Shown: positions 56,699 to 64,000 of the stretch, one piece after another
Numbering within the stretch: the stretch's first letter is position 1
Layout of the letters: each line of letters starts with the position of its first letter
DNA from: a virus
DNA: 64,000 nucleotides
Virus record (IMG/VR): IMGVR_UViG_3300008107_007821
Location: 7,461 to 71,460 of that record
Direction: 5' to 3' (one strand)
Made by a program: the position numbers and the translations under genes
Notes under the pieces: generated by a model
The model's input: the letters and a program-made list of their open reading frames with translations, nothing else
What the model was told of the DNA's origin: nothing
Databases searched by the model: none

Positions 56699-58168
56699 TC
56701 AGAACTTGAATGTAGTCTGAATTACACCACCCCAGTTAGAGGAGTTACCAACCAGGCGTTGGTTGTCACTACCATAGATGATAGCAGGAGTGATACTGAT
56801 ATTATCAGACACTTGGTACTTGTAGAAGATTTCAAGAAGAGTGGACTTCTCAAGATCTTCACCAGTAGGAGCCTGACCAACAGCAACACCAGCAGAGTTA
56901 CCATCAACAAACACATCGTTCCAAGTCAGACCAGCCATCCAAGATTGACTGTTGGTAGCAGCACTTTGAGTACCACTTACAGTGTTCCAACCATAACCTG
57001 CAGAGATGGAAGGAATCCAACCAGATTGAGTGGGTTGCCAGTAAGCATTAATGGCATAACCATTAGAAGTTTGACCAGGAACCAGAGAACCAGATGCACC
57101 ATTCAGACCATTATAGGTACGAACACGAGTGCCTTCAGTACCATAACGATAACCAAAAGCAGCACCCCAGTTATCACCACGATAACCAATCTGTGCCAGA
57201 GTATTCAGAGCACCAGACTTATCAAACTCACCAGTAGAACTATCAGCACCATTCTGTGCAACATAGTTTACACCAGCAACAAGACCTTTCTTACCGTACT
57301 GGATACCAAAACCAGAACCAACTGCCTTGTTATAAACACCAGGAGCACCTGCTACTTGGAAGAAGTCAAGGATCTTGGATTCATATGCTGAAGGAATCCA
57401 GGCAATTTCAGTGTTACGAACAAGAGCACCAGCAGTAATAGTTGCTTTGTTATTAAAAGCAGGGAACTGATAGTACAGACGATCAATAACTACAGCATCG
57501 CCCATATCTCCTTGGGTGTTGTCTGCTTTATCCAGTTTGAAGATAGAAGAACTAGATCCAAAAGGATTGCTACTAAAGTTAGAAGAACGCAGACGAGTAC
57601 GCAGAAGGTCCTTACCAGTGAATGAAGTATCCAGGTTCAGACGAAGATCATAGTTGAATGCAGTGTGAGTAATGTCACCTGCTTTACTTTGGTAATTATC
57701 AACACCACCAAGAACAAAGTTTGCTTCACCACGCAGTTTGGTAGTAGTGGAGAACTGTTGTGCTTCAAGAGTAGTAACTTGTGCTTCCAGTTTATCTACA
57801 CGACCACGAAGCACTGCAAGTTCCTGTGCAAACTCATTGGTAAGACGCTTGAGTTCATCAGTAACTTCAGTCACACGATCCAGACAAGCATTCAGAAGTG
57901 CTGCTGCCTCATAACGAGTCATTGCACGACCACCACCAAAGGTTCCATTGGGATAACCAGCAACACAACCATAACGCTCTACAAGTTGTGAGAGTGCTTG
58001 ATATGCCCAATCAGTAGGTTGAACATCAGAGAATTGAGTGACGCTTGTAACCTGCTCATTGGATGTATATTGGGATACTCCATTCATATTAAGGTCTGCA
58101 GCAAAAGCAGAAGGAGTAACAATCCCCAGAGCAACAGGTGCAAGCATCAGTTGTTTGAAAAATTTCAT
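56699..58168 (-). CDS. som: Cyanobacterial SLH-domain outer-membrane porin (Som/OprB family)
   Basis: Signal peptide, FSDVQPTDWAYQAL..LVERYGC.AGYP...TRYEAAA, QFSTTTKL.GE, C-terminal TTFKF. Confidence 0.93.
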   Translation of the reverse strand: MKFFKQLMLAPVALGIVTPSAFAADLNMNGVSQYTSNEQVTSVTQFSDVQPTDWAYQALSQLVERYGCVAGYPNGTFGGGRAMTRYEAAALLNACLDRVTEVTDELKRLTNEFAQELAVLRGRVDKLEAQVTTLEAQQFSTTTKLRGEANFVLGGVDNYQSKAGDITHTAFNYDLRLNLDTSFTGKDLLRTRLRSSNFSSNPFGSSSSIFKLDKADNTQGDMGDAVVIDRLYYQFPAFNNKATITAGALVRNTEIAWIPSAYESKILDFFQVAGAPGVYNKAVGSGFGIQYGKKGLVAGVNYVAQNGADSSTGEFDKSGALNTLAQIGYRGDNWGAAFGYRYGTEGTRVRTYNGLNGASGSLVPGQTSNGYAINAYWQPTQSGWIPSISAGYGWNTVSGTQSAATNSQSWMAGLTWNDVFVDGNSAGVAVGQAPTGEDLEKSTLLEIFYKYQVSDNISITPAIIYGSDNQRLVGNSSNWGGVIQTTFKF

Positions 58169-58228
58169 ATAGTTTGTTAAGAATTACAACTACAGTGTTT
58201 ATTTATAATTCCCAGATGTTTCTGGGGA

Positions 58229-58300
58229 AGCGAGATAGGGGATTCGAACCCCTGACATCTAACTTGGAAGGATAGCGTTCTACCACTGAACTAATCTCGC
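58229..58300 (-). tRNA. trnG: tRNA-Gly(UCC)
   Basis: GCGAGATTAGTTCAGTGGTAGAACGCTATCCTTCCAAGTTAGATGTCAGGGGTTCGAATCCCCTATCTCGCT. Confidence 0.9.
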
Positions 58301-58307
58301 ACATGTA

Positions 58308-58343
58308 AGGGAGTATTATAACTCCCTACTATTCAGTTGTCAA
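58308..58343 (-). promoter_or_regulatory. Perfect-consensus sigma70 promoter upstream of tRNA-Gly and the porin
   Basis: TTGACA-17 nt-TATAAT; -10 lies in the loop of AGGGAGT/ACTCCCT. Confidence 0.8.
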
Positions 58344-58352
58344 GTATGTATA

Positions 58353-58715
58353 TTATACCCTAGTATAGCATACATTGGCAACCCCTTGTCCAGGAGATGC
58401 AATTTTACCAAATGCTCCATAGGACAAGTCAAGTGACCTACCAGCAACAAAGGGTCCTCTATCATTAACTCTTACAATAACAGAACGACCATTTGACTGG
58501 TTTGTAACTCTTAGTCTAGTTCCAAAGGGAAGGAATTTATGGGCAGTTGACAACCCATATGCATTGTATCTTTCGCCATTGGCAGTAGTTTGTCCGTGAT
58601 ATCCATCACCTACTCCATAATGTGATGCAAGGGAACATCCGCTTGCTGCTTTTGCTGTTAAGGGTGCCAGACCTACAAGACCAAAAGCAATAATTGAAAT
58701 TGTTTTAAAAAGCAT
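58353..58715 (-). CDS. rlpA: RlpA-family lytic transglycosylase
   Basis: Signal peptide; ASHYG...HG..TANGE, TAH..LPFGT, VRVNDRGPF..GR.LDLS. Confidence 0.9.
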   Translation of the reverse strand: MLFKTISIIAFGLVGLAPLTAKAASGCSLASHYGVGDGYHGQTTANGERYNAYGLSTAHKFLPFGTRLRVTNQSNGRSVIVRVNDRGPFVAGRSLDLSYGAFGKIASPGQGVANVCYTRV

Positions 58716-58845
58716 TAAAATTTGTTGAACTCTACATCCCAATAGAAGGGGGGTACACCACCTCTCTCGAAGGGCACCTTCCTGGGCTCTAATTTCATAA
58801 TCAAAGACTCATTCTAAAAATCATTATGAGTGATTATTTAGGTTT

Positions 58846-59034
58846 TTAAATTACATCATTAATATAATCTAAAGATAGAACCTCAATATCATATTTCTGA
58901 ACAACCCAATCTTTAATTTCTGCATACAAAGCAGAAGCATCATCAACTCTTCCAGAATCACATAGTTCATGAATTCTGTCAAAGACACTATCAACTCTGC
59001 TTTGGCACATCATCTGCATTTGTTTTTTGTTCAT
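58846..59034 (-). CDS. Small hypothetical protein
   Basis: MNKKQM...DRIHELC..GR.DDA.ALY.E..DW; start uncertain. Confidence 0.55.
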   Translation of the reverse strand: MNKKQMQMMCQSRVDSVFDRIHELCDSGRVDDASALYAEIKDWVVQKYDIEVLSLDYINDVI

Positions 59035-59449
59035 AATAATCTTTTCTGAAGTATCTTCCCAAGATGTTGCTATTATAGTACTTGGGATCTCCATTGTCAA
59101 GTGATTCAGTTAAGACATTATTTAAGAATAGTTGCCTAGTCTCTTCGTAATTAGTTTTACCTATGGTTTTATGTAATGATAGTATGGTTCTTTTGAACTT
59201 GCTCTTACCATACTTCTTAACATCTTCTTTTAATTCTGGACAGGATCCATAATATTTTTTCCAGTCACTTTCCTGTTTAGTTTTTCTAGACTTACCCTTT
59301 TGTTTTCTAAAAGACCAAAAATACTTTCTTCCCAGGTAGCTCCTAGAAGTTTCATTGCATTCAATAAGATAAACAAAACCATAGTAATCCAATATGTCAG
59401 GTGAATCAAAAGTTTCTCCCTGATATATCCAAGGGTTCTCATAGGTCAT
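58991..59449 (-). CDS. GIY-YIG-superfamily nuclease-like conserved protein
   Basis: YGFVYLI...YLGRK...ESDWKKYYGS...F.R.IL...E...YN. Confidence 0.7.
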   Translation of the reverse strand: MTYENPWIYQGETFDSPDILDYYGFVYLIECNETSRSYLGRKYFWSFRKQKGKSRKTKQESDWKKYYGSCPELKEDVKKYGKSKFKRTILSLHKTIGKTNYEETRQLFLNNVLTESLDNGDPKYYNSNILGRYFRKDYYEQKTNADDVPKQS

Positions 59450-59502
59450 AAAGCCTTTAATAATTTAAGCCTTATTTATCCTTCAAACCCAACAGAGTGA
59501 TT

Positions 59503-59919
59503 CTAGGTACATTCTGGATCCTTGTCAACCCACACTCCTCTGATGCCCATAACACCTCCAGGACACTCATAATAAATTGCATCCTTCACCACTAGTCTCT
59601 GGGTGTCAGAGAACCTTGGGGACTTTAGACCCTCCAGGATGGTCTTGTTGGTCATCCTAGGAGGCAATGAGGATTCCCATCTCTCATAATCCCTGATGGC
59701 ATGATCCACATCCCTTTGAATTCTTCTGTCTAATTTCTCAGGATCTTTAATTATCAATTCATTAAAAATAGTCTGTGGGAAGAACTTTCTTTGAATTTCA
59801 TCAAAGAGATCCCACAGACTATCTTCGGATATTTTAGTACATTGAGAAAGTGAAGTAATTAATCCAGAAGTAATAATACTAACAAAGATTAATTGCTTCT
59901 GCTTCTTACTTAGATTCAC
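59503..59919 (-). CDS. Hypothetical protein with N-terminal hydrophobic segment
   Basis: 138 aa; its 3' end contains TTGACA-17-TAGAAT (59500-59528). Confidence 0.65.
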   Translation of the reverse strand: MNLSKKQKQLIFVSIITSGLITSLSQCTKISEDSLWDLFDEIQRKFFPQTIFNELIIKDPEKLDRRIQRDVDHAIRDYERWESSLPPRMTNKTILEGLKSPRFSDTQRLVVKDAIYYECPGGVMGIRGVWVDKDPECT

Positions 59920-61321
59920 CTTCTCTCTTTGTTCTTATTTCATCAATAAGTTTATTGAGTTTTTCTCTCTTAGCCATTTGTGATGGCTTTCTTGGTCCCT
60001 TCTTTCTGTTCTCAAGATCAGCATTCTCTTCCATTGAAGTTTCCTCCACAGCGTATCTACGATCTGATTTAGAAGTATCCATATGCTTCTTTGCCATCTT
60101 AGTGGCAGTAGCATACATCACTGACTTTGCTCTTTCTCCATATCTCTTCTTAAAGTCTGCAGCAGACTTCTTCATTCCTTTTACAAGTCTTTCCTTCTCA
60201 CCTGTTTCTGCAGTATCAAGTGCTCTTTCTACAACAGTTTCTTCACCTACATGTGCAGCAGCTTTGTATGCTGGATTGCCTGCTTTGTACTTCTGCCATG
60301 CTTTGGTATTTGCTTTTTTATCAGCAGCAGTCACTGTCATTCTCTTATCTTCTGGTTCCTTTTTCTCACCACCATAAACAAGTGCTTCAGGAACACAGTT
60401 AGGTACTTCTTTACCACCCTTCATTTTGGTTGAAGGATTGCCAAGTTTCTTACCAGTCCAGCACTTAGAAGCACCAACATTCTTTCTAGCCTGTTTGATA
60501 CCTTCTACAAGTGCTCTTACTTCTTCTACATTAAGAGTCTTAGGATATCCCTTTTCTCCTGGTTTAGCAGGTCTTTCGCCACGCTTTCTCTTAGCATGAA
60601 TATTATCCCAAAGACCTCTCTTCTCTTCTAATTCTGCTTCTTCCTTCTTCATATTTTTTTCTCTCATAGCCTTTGCCTTTGCAAGGAGTCTTTCTCTAGC
60701 AGCTTCCTGTTCTGATTTTGGAATAGCAGTTACAGCACCAAGTTTTTCTGCTGGTTTACCAGGAACTGCAGACTCTCCCATTGCTTTTTGCTTACGAAGC
60801 TTCTTAGGATTCTTCGTCTTATCTGCAGAGTAGTTATTATCATCCTCATTATCAGGATCTACAGCACTACGATGTCTAGTACGTCTTTCTTCATCATCCA
60901 TGTTTGCACGACTTCTCTTTGCTTCATCTGGAGAATATCTTCTACCACTGTTATACCATTCCTTACCTACATGACCTCTCTTCACAGCATCAGCACGAGC
61001 AGCAGATGCTTTTGCTTTTTTACGATTTGCCTTGAAGTCCTTCATAGTCATTCCTTCATCGACAAGATCTCCATCTACTTCAACAGAATCTGCCATTCCA
61101 TGAATGTGCTTACCTCTAGATTTCTTATCTTCTCTTTCTGCAGATTTTTTTTCTGACTCTGCATATTTACTTGCTGCCTTAGCATCCGTTCTATCAGACT
61201 TACCTGCTCTTCTTTCCTGAGCAGCAAGACGTCTCATCTCTTTTTCATCATCACTCATTCTTTCATCAAGTTGGTTATAAACTTGTGAATATGCTTCTCT
61301 AATGTTATTTAATCCTGCCAT
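59906..61321 (-). CDS. Putative internal head protein built of basic modules separated by Glu motifs
   Basis: L.NIREAY.QV N-terminus; K/R-rich blocks punctuated by LDE/VDE/LEE/VEE/VVE; TATAAATA at 61344-61351. Confidence 0.65.
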   Translation of the reverse strand: MAGLNNIREAYSQVYNQLDERMSDDEKEMRRLAAQERRAGKSDRTDAKAASKYAESEKKSAEREDKKSRGKHIHGMADSVEVDGDLVDEGMTMKDFKANRKKAKASAARADAVKRGHVGKEWYNSGRRYSPDEAKRSRANMDDEERRTRHRSAVDPDNEDDNNYSADKTKNPKKLRKQKAMGESAVPGKPAEKLGAVTAIPKSEQEAARERLLAKAKAMREKNMKKEEAELEEKRGLWDNIHAKRKRGERPAKPGEKGYPKTLNVEEVRALVEGIKQARKNVGASKCWTGKKLGNPSTKMKGGKEVPNCVPEALVYGGEKKEPEDKRMTVTAADKKANTKAWQKYKAGNPAYKAAAHVGEETVVERALDTAETGEKERLVKGMKKSAADFKKRYGERAKSVMYATATKMAKKHMDTSKSDRRYAVEETSMEENADLENRKKGPRKPSQMAKREKLNKLIDEIRTKREGESK

Positions 61322-61350
61322 GACGCAATAAAACCTTTTTAGTTATTTAT

Positions 61351-61377
61351 AAAAAAAGAGGGGCAACTTGCCCCTCT
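61351..61377 (-). terminator. Terminator after nrdB abutting a late promoter
   Basis: AGAGGGGCAA/TTGCCCCTCT plus a T-run running into ATAAATA. Confidence 0.75.
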
Positions 61378-61379
61378 CA

Positions 61380-62558
61380 TCAAAGTTTAAACCCAGCAAA
61401 GGTATCTTTTTTCAAGTCTTGTTTAATGCCACCAACCACATAACTTTCAACTTCTGTTTCCTGGGGAGCAACCTGTAGACCTTTTGAGGAGATCCAGTGT
61501 TCTGTCCAGGGGAGGGGATTATTCTTGGCAGGGATATCATAGATAGGTTTAATTCCAATAGATTTCATACGACGATTTGCAATCCACTCAACATAGTTGT
61601 TGAGAAGTTTATCATTTAGTCCAATCATAGAACCATCTTTGAACAGATATTGTGCCCATGCTTTTTCTTGGTTTACACAATTTTTAAATGCACTGACTAC
61701 CCAATCCTGTTCTTCTTTAGCAATTTGTTGCATCTCTGGATCATCCCCTTCACTCCACTTGTTGAGGATGTTTTGAGTAATGACAAGATGCTGGTTTTCG
61801 TCTCTGGCGATAAGAGAGATAATTTTAGCTGATCCTTCCATAAGCTTGAGTTCACCAAATGCAAACGAGCAAGCGAACGAGACATAGAACCTGATACCTT
61901 CAAGAATATTGACATTTGCAATTGCCCTATAAAGTTTTCGTTTGAGTTCAATTCTTTCTTCTCTAGAATACCCAGCACCTTCCTGAGCAAATAACCAATC
62001 ATTGGATGACCCATATCTTTGAGCAGAATTGATGAAATCATCATAAGCACCAGTAACAGAAGATGCTCTTTCTAAGATCTTTTCGTTAGTTAAGATAGTA
62101 TCAAATACTTCTGATGGATCAGAATACACATTCTTAATGATGTAAGTATAGGATCTGGAATGAATCATTTCCATGAATTCCCATACAGTCATACATGCTT
62201 CCAGTTCAGGAAGAGAGCAGTATGGAATGAATGCCATACCAGGACCTCTTCCTTGAACAGAATCCAGAAGGATCTGATACTTTAAATTAGAAGTGAAGAT
62301 ATGCTTTTGTTCTGGACGAAGAGTTTGATAATCTGCACGATCTTTCTGGAGGGAGACCTCTTCAGGTCTCCAGAAATAACCAAGTTGTTGTTGAGTAAGT
62401 TTGTCAAAGATAGGATACTTATATTGATCATATCTTTGAACCCCAAGGGGATTGCCAAAAAACATAGGTTGCTTTTTGGCATCTACCTGGGATGTATTGA
62501 ATACTGTCATACCTTGAATAGTAGGTTCAGAATTAACTCTAAATTTTGCAACTGTCAC
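61380..62558 (-). CDS. nrdB: Class I ribonucleotide reductase beta subunit
   Basis: FWRPEE, LDSVQ, EMIHSRSY, EGIRFY, RDENQH, VAPQETE..SY. Confidence 0.97.
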   Translation of the reverse strand: MTVAKFRVNSEPTIQGMTVFNTSQVDAKKQPMFFGNPLGVQRYDQYKYPIFDKLTQQQLGYFWRPEEVSLQKDRADYQTLRPEQKHIFTSNLKYQILLDSVQGRGPGMAFIPYCSLPELEACMTVWEFMEMIHSRSYTYIIKNVYSDPSEVFDTILTNEKILERASSVTGAYDDFINSAQRYGSSNDWLFAQEGAGYSREERIELKRKLYRAIANVNILEGIRFYVSFACSFAFGELKLMEGSAKIISLIARDENQHLVITQNILNKWSEGDDPEMQQIAKEEQDWVVSAFKNCVNQEKAWAQYLFKDGSMIGLNDKLLNNYVEWIANRRMKSIGIKPIYDIPAKNNPLPWTEHWISSKGLQVAPQETEVESYVVGGIKQDLKKDTFAGFKL

Positions 62559-64000
62559 AATCTTCCTCTCCTTTTGAACTTAAAATTTCCTCAATTAACT
62601 CATTAATATTCTGTGCTGGTTCTTTAATTTCATCAGTCTTATTATCATATGTATTCTGATAATAAGATGTCTTCCATCCATACTTGTATGTGCTTAAGAA
62701 GTCTTGTGCCATTACTGAAGTAGGAACTTCATTGTCTGGGTAATTTTCTGGATTATAGGACCAGTTTCCAGAAATTGCTTGATCAAAGAACTTCTGCATA
62801 ACTGCAACAATATTAATGTAACCAGTATTGCTAGGCATATCCCAAAGAAGCGTGTAATTGTTCTTAAGGTGTTGGTACTGGGGAACAATCTGCTTAAGAG
62901 GTCCTTTCTTTGATTTCTTAATGGACAAGAATCCCCTAGGAGGCTCGATGCCATTGGTGGCATTTGACACAACGGAACTGCTCTCCGATGGCATTTGTGC
63001 GGACAGTGTTGAATGTCTGAGTCCATGTACCTTGATACTGGAACGTAAAGTCTCCCAATCATGCTGGTAGGGGATAGAGGAAATTTCGTCTACATCTTTT
63101 TTATATGTATCAATTGGCAAAATGCCATCAGCATATTTAGTTCTATTAAAGTATTCACAAGCACCCTTCTCCTTAGCAATCTGATTAGATGCTTTCAGGA
63201 GATAGTACTGGAATGATTCAGAAAGACCATGGACTGCATCCCATGCCTCTTGAGAATCATATTTGAATCCAAGTTTGGCAAGATAATGAGCAAGTCCAAT
63301 ATAACCAATGCCCAGGGATCTACGTGCTTTAGTAGATTTCTCAGCAGCAACTACTGGATAATCTTGATAGTCAATCAGTTCTTCAAGTCCTCTTACAGAC
63401 AGTTCACAAAGTTCTTCAAACTCTTCGTCATCTTTGACCTTGCCAACATTAACTGCAGAAAGGATGCAAAGAGCAATCTCACCATTAGGGTCATCAATAT
63501 GCTGAAGTGGTTTTGTTGGAAGAGTGATCTCCTGACACAGATTGCTCATTTCAATCTTATCCTTAAAGGAAGAGTGAGAATTGCAATGGTCAATATTCAT
63601 AATGTAAATACGACCAGTTTCTGCTCTTTCTTTCAGGAGGTCCAGAATGAGTTCTTGAGCACCAATAGTTTTTCTTGGAATAGATTCATCTCGTTCTGCA
63701 TCCACATAAAGGTCGTCAAATCCATCAAGACCAAAATTAGCACTAAGCTCAGGAACATCGTGGGGACTGAAGAGTGAGATGTCTTCATTCTTAATGAATC
63801 TTTCATAGAAAAGTTTGCTGATTTGAATTGAGTAATCTAACTTCCTAACTCTATTATCTTCTGTTCCTTTGTTGTTCTTAAGAACCAGAATGTCTTCTAT
63901 TTCTTGGTGCCAGATTGGGAAGTGGACTGTCGCGGATCCACCTCGTATGCCATTCTGCGTGCAACATCTGACAGTTGCTTCAAACTTCTTGAGAAATGGT
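62539..64000 (-). CDS. nrdA: Class I ribonucleotide reductase alpha subunit (5' part outside window)
   Basis: Frame open to the window end; QNGIRGG, SNLCQEI, MPSESSS, KTSYY, C-terminal CDSC. Confidence 0.97.
   Translation of the reverse strand, partial: PFLKKFEATVRCCTQNGIRGGSATVHFPIWHQEIEDILVLKNNKGTEDNRVRKLDYSIQISKLFYERFIKNEDISLFSPHDVPELSANFGLDGFDDLYVDAERDESIPRKTIGAQELILDLLKERAETGRIYIMNIDHCNSHSSFKDKIEMSNLCQEITLPTKPLQHIDDPNGEIALCILSAVNVGKVKDDEEFEELCELSVRGLEELIDYQDYPVVAAEKSTKARRSLGIGYIGLAHYLAKLGFKYDSQEAWDAVHGLSESFQYYLLKASNQIAKEKGACEYFNRTKYADGILPIDTYKKDVDEISSIPYQHDWETLRSSIKVHGLRHSTLSAQMPSESSSVVSNATNGIEPPRGFLSIKKSKKGPLKQIVPQYQHLKNNYTLLWDMPSNTGYINIVAVMQKFFDQAISGNWSYNPENYPDNEVPTSVMAQDFLSTYKYGWKTSYYQNTYDNKTDEIKEPAQNINELIEEILSSKGEEDCDSCKI

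Noticed and set aside
56687-57391. 234-aa + strand ORF and other long antisense ORFs (e.g. 56064..56618, 63229..63777, 59955..60377, 22286..22738)
   Set aside because: They are shadows of well-supported genes on the opposite strand, with no recognisable motifs.
58991-59449. Mobile homing endonuclease
   Set aside because: It has only a catalytic-type GIY-YIG region with no evident DNA-binding extension, and looks like a conserved resident gene.
1-64000. Alternative genetic code or stop-codon reassignment
   Set aside because: Known genes are full length under the standard code using TAA, TAG and TGA stops, and there is no suppressor tRNA.

Overview
This is a 64 kb, AT-rich and strongly CG-depleted segment of a T4-like cyanomyophage (Kyanoviridae-like). 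The host is probably a picocyanobacterium such as Synechococcus or Cyanobium (inferred), and most genes lie on the - strand. In order the window holds: (1) giant tail-fibre/virion proteins and the baseplate/tail module (gp5-like, hub, two tape-measure-region proteins with peptidoglycan-hydrolase domains, gp51, gp26, gp54-like, gp4, gp2, gp48, gp53), with cp12 embedded; (2) replication/transcription genes (gp32, gp59, gp33, exonuclease, phoH, thyX); (3) a glutamine-riboswitch/NtcA-box/DUF4278 cassette, speD and glutaredoxin; (4) glycosylation island 1 (GT2s, glf, two 2OG-Fe(II) oxygenase-like genes); (5) psbA with a PhotoRC-II-like leader, lysozyme, L,D-transpeptidase and an hli-petF-hli-peroxiredoxin cluster; (6) glycosylation island 2 (gmd, fcl/colC, colD-like, GT10/GT11/GT25/GT2); (7) a 5'-deleted pstS, an SLH porin, rlpA, putative internal head proteins, nrdB and partial nrdA. 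Five tRNA genes are also present (one near 10 kb, four at 54.5-58.3 kb). The most striking observations are two phycobiliprotein-like (C-x-R-D) domains inside a tail-fibre-like virion protein, a candidate -1 programmed frameshift fusing gp26 to gp51, a gif-like nitrogen-sensing cassette, a likely GDP-colitose pathway and near-total CG avoidance. All assignments are by-eye motif recognition; no searches were run.
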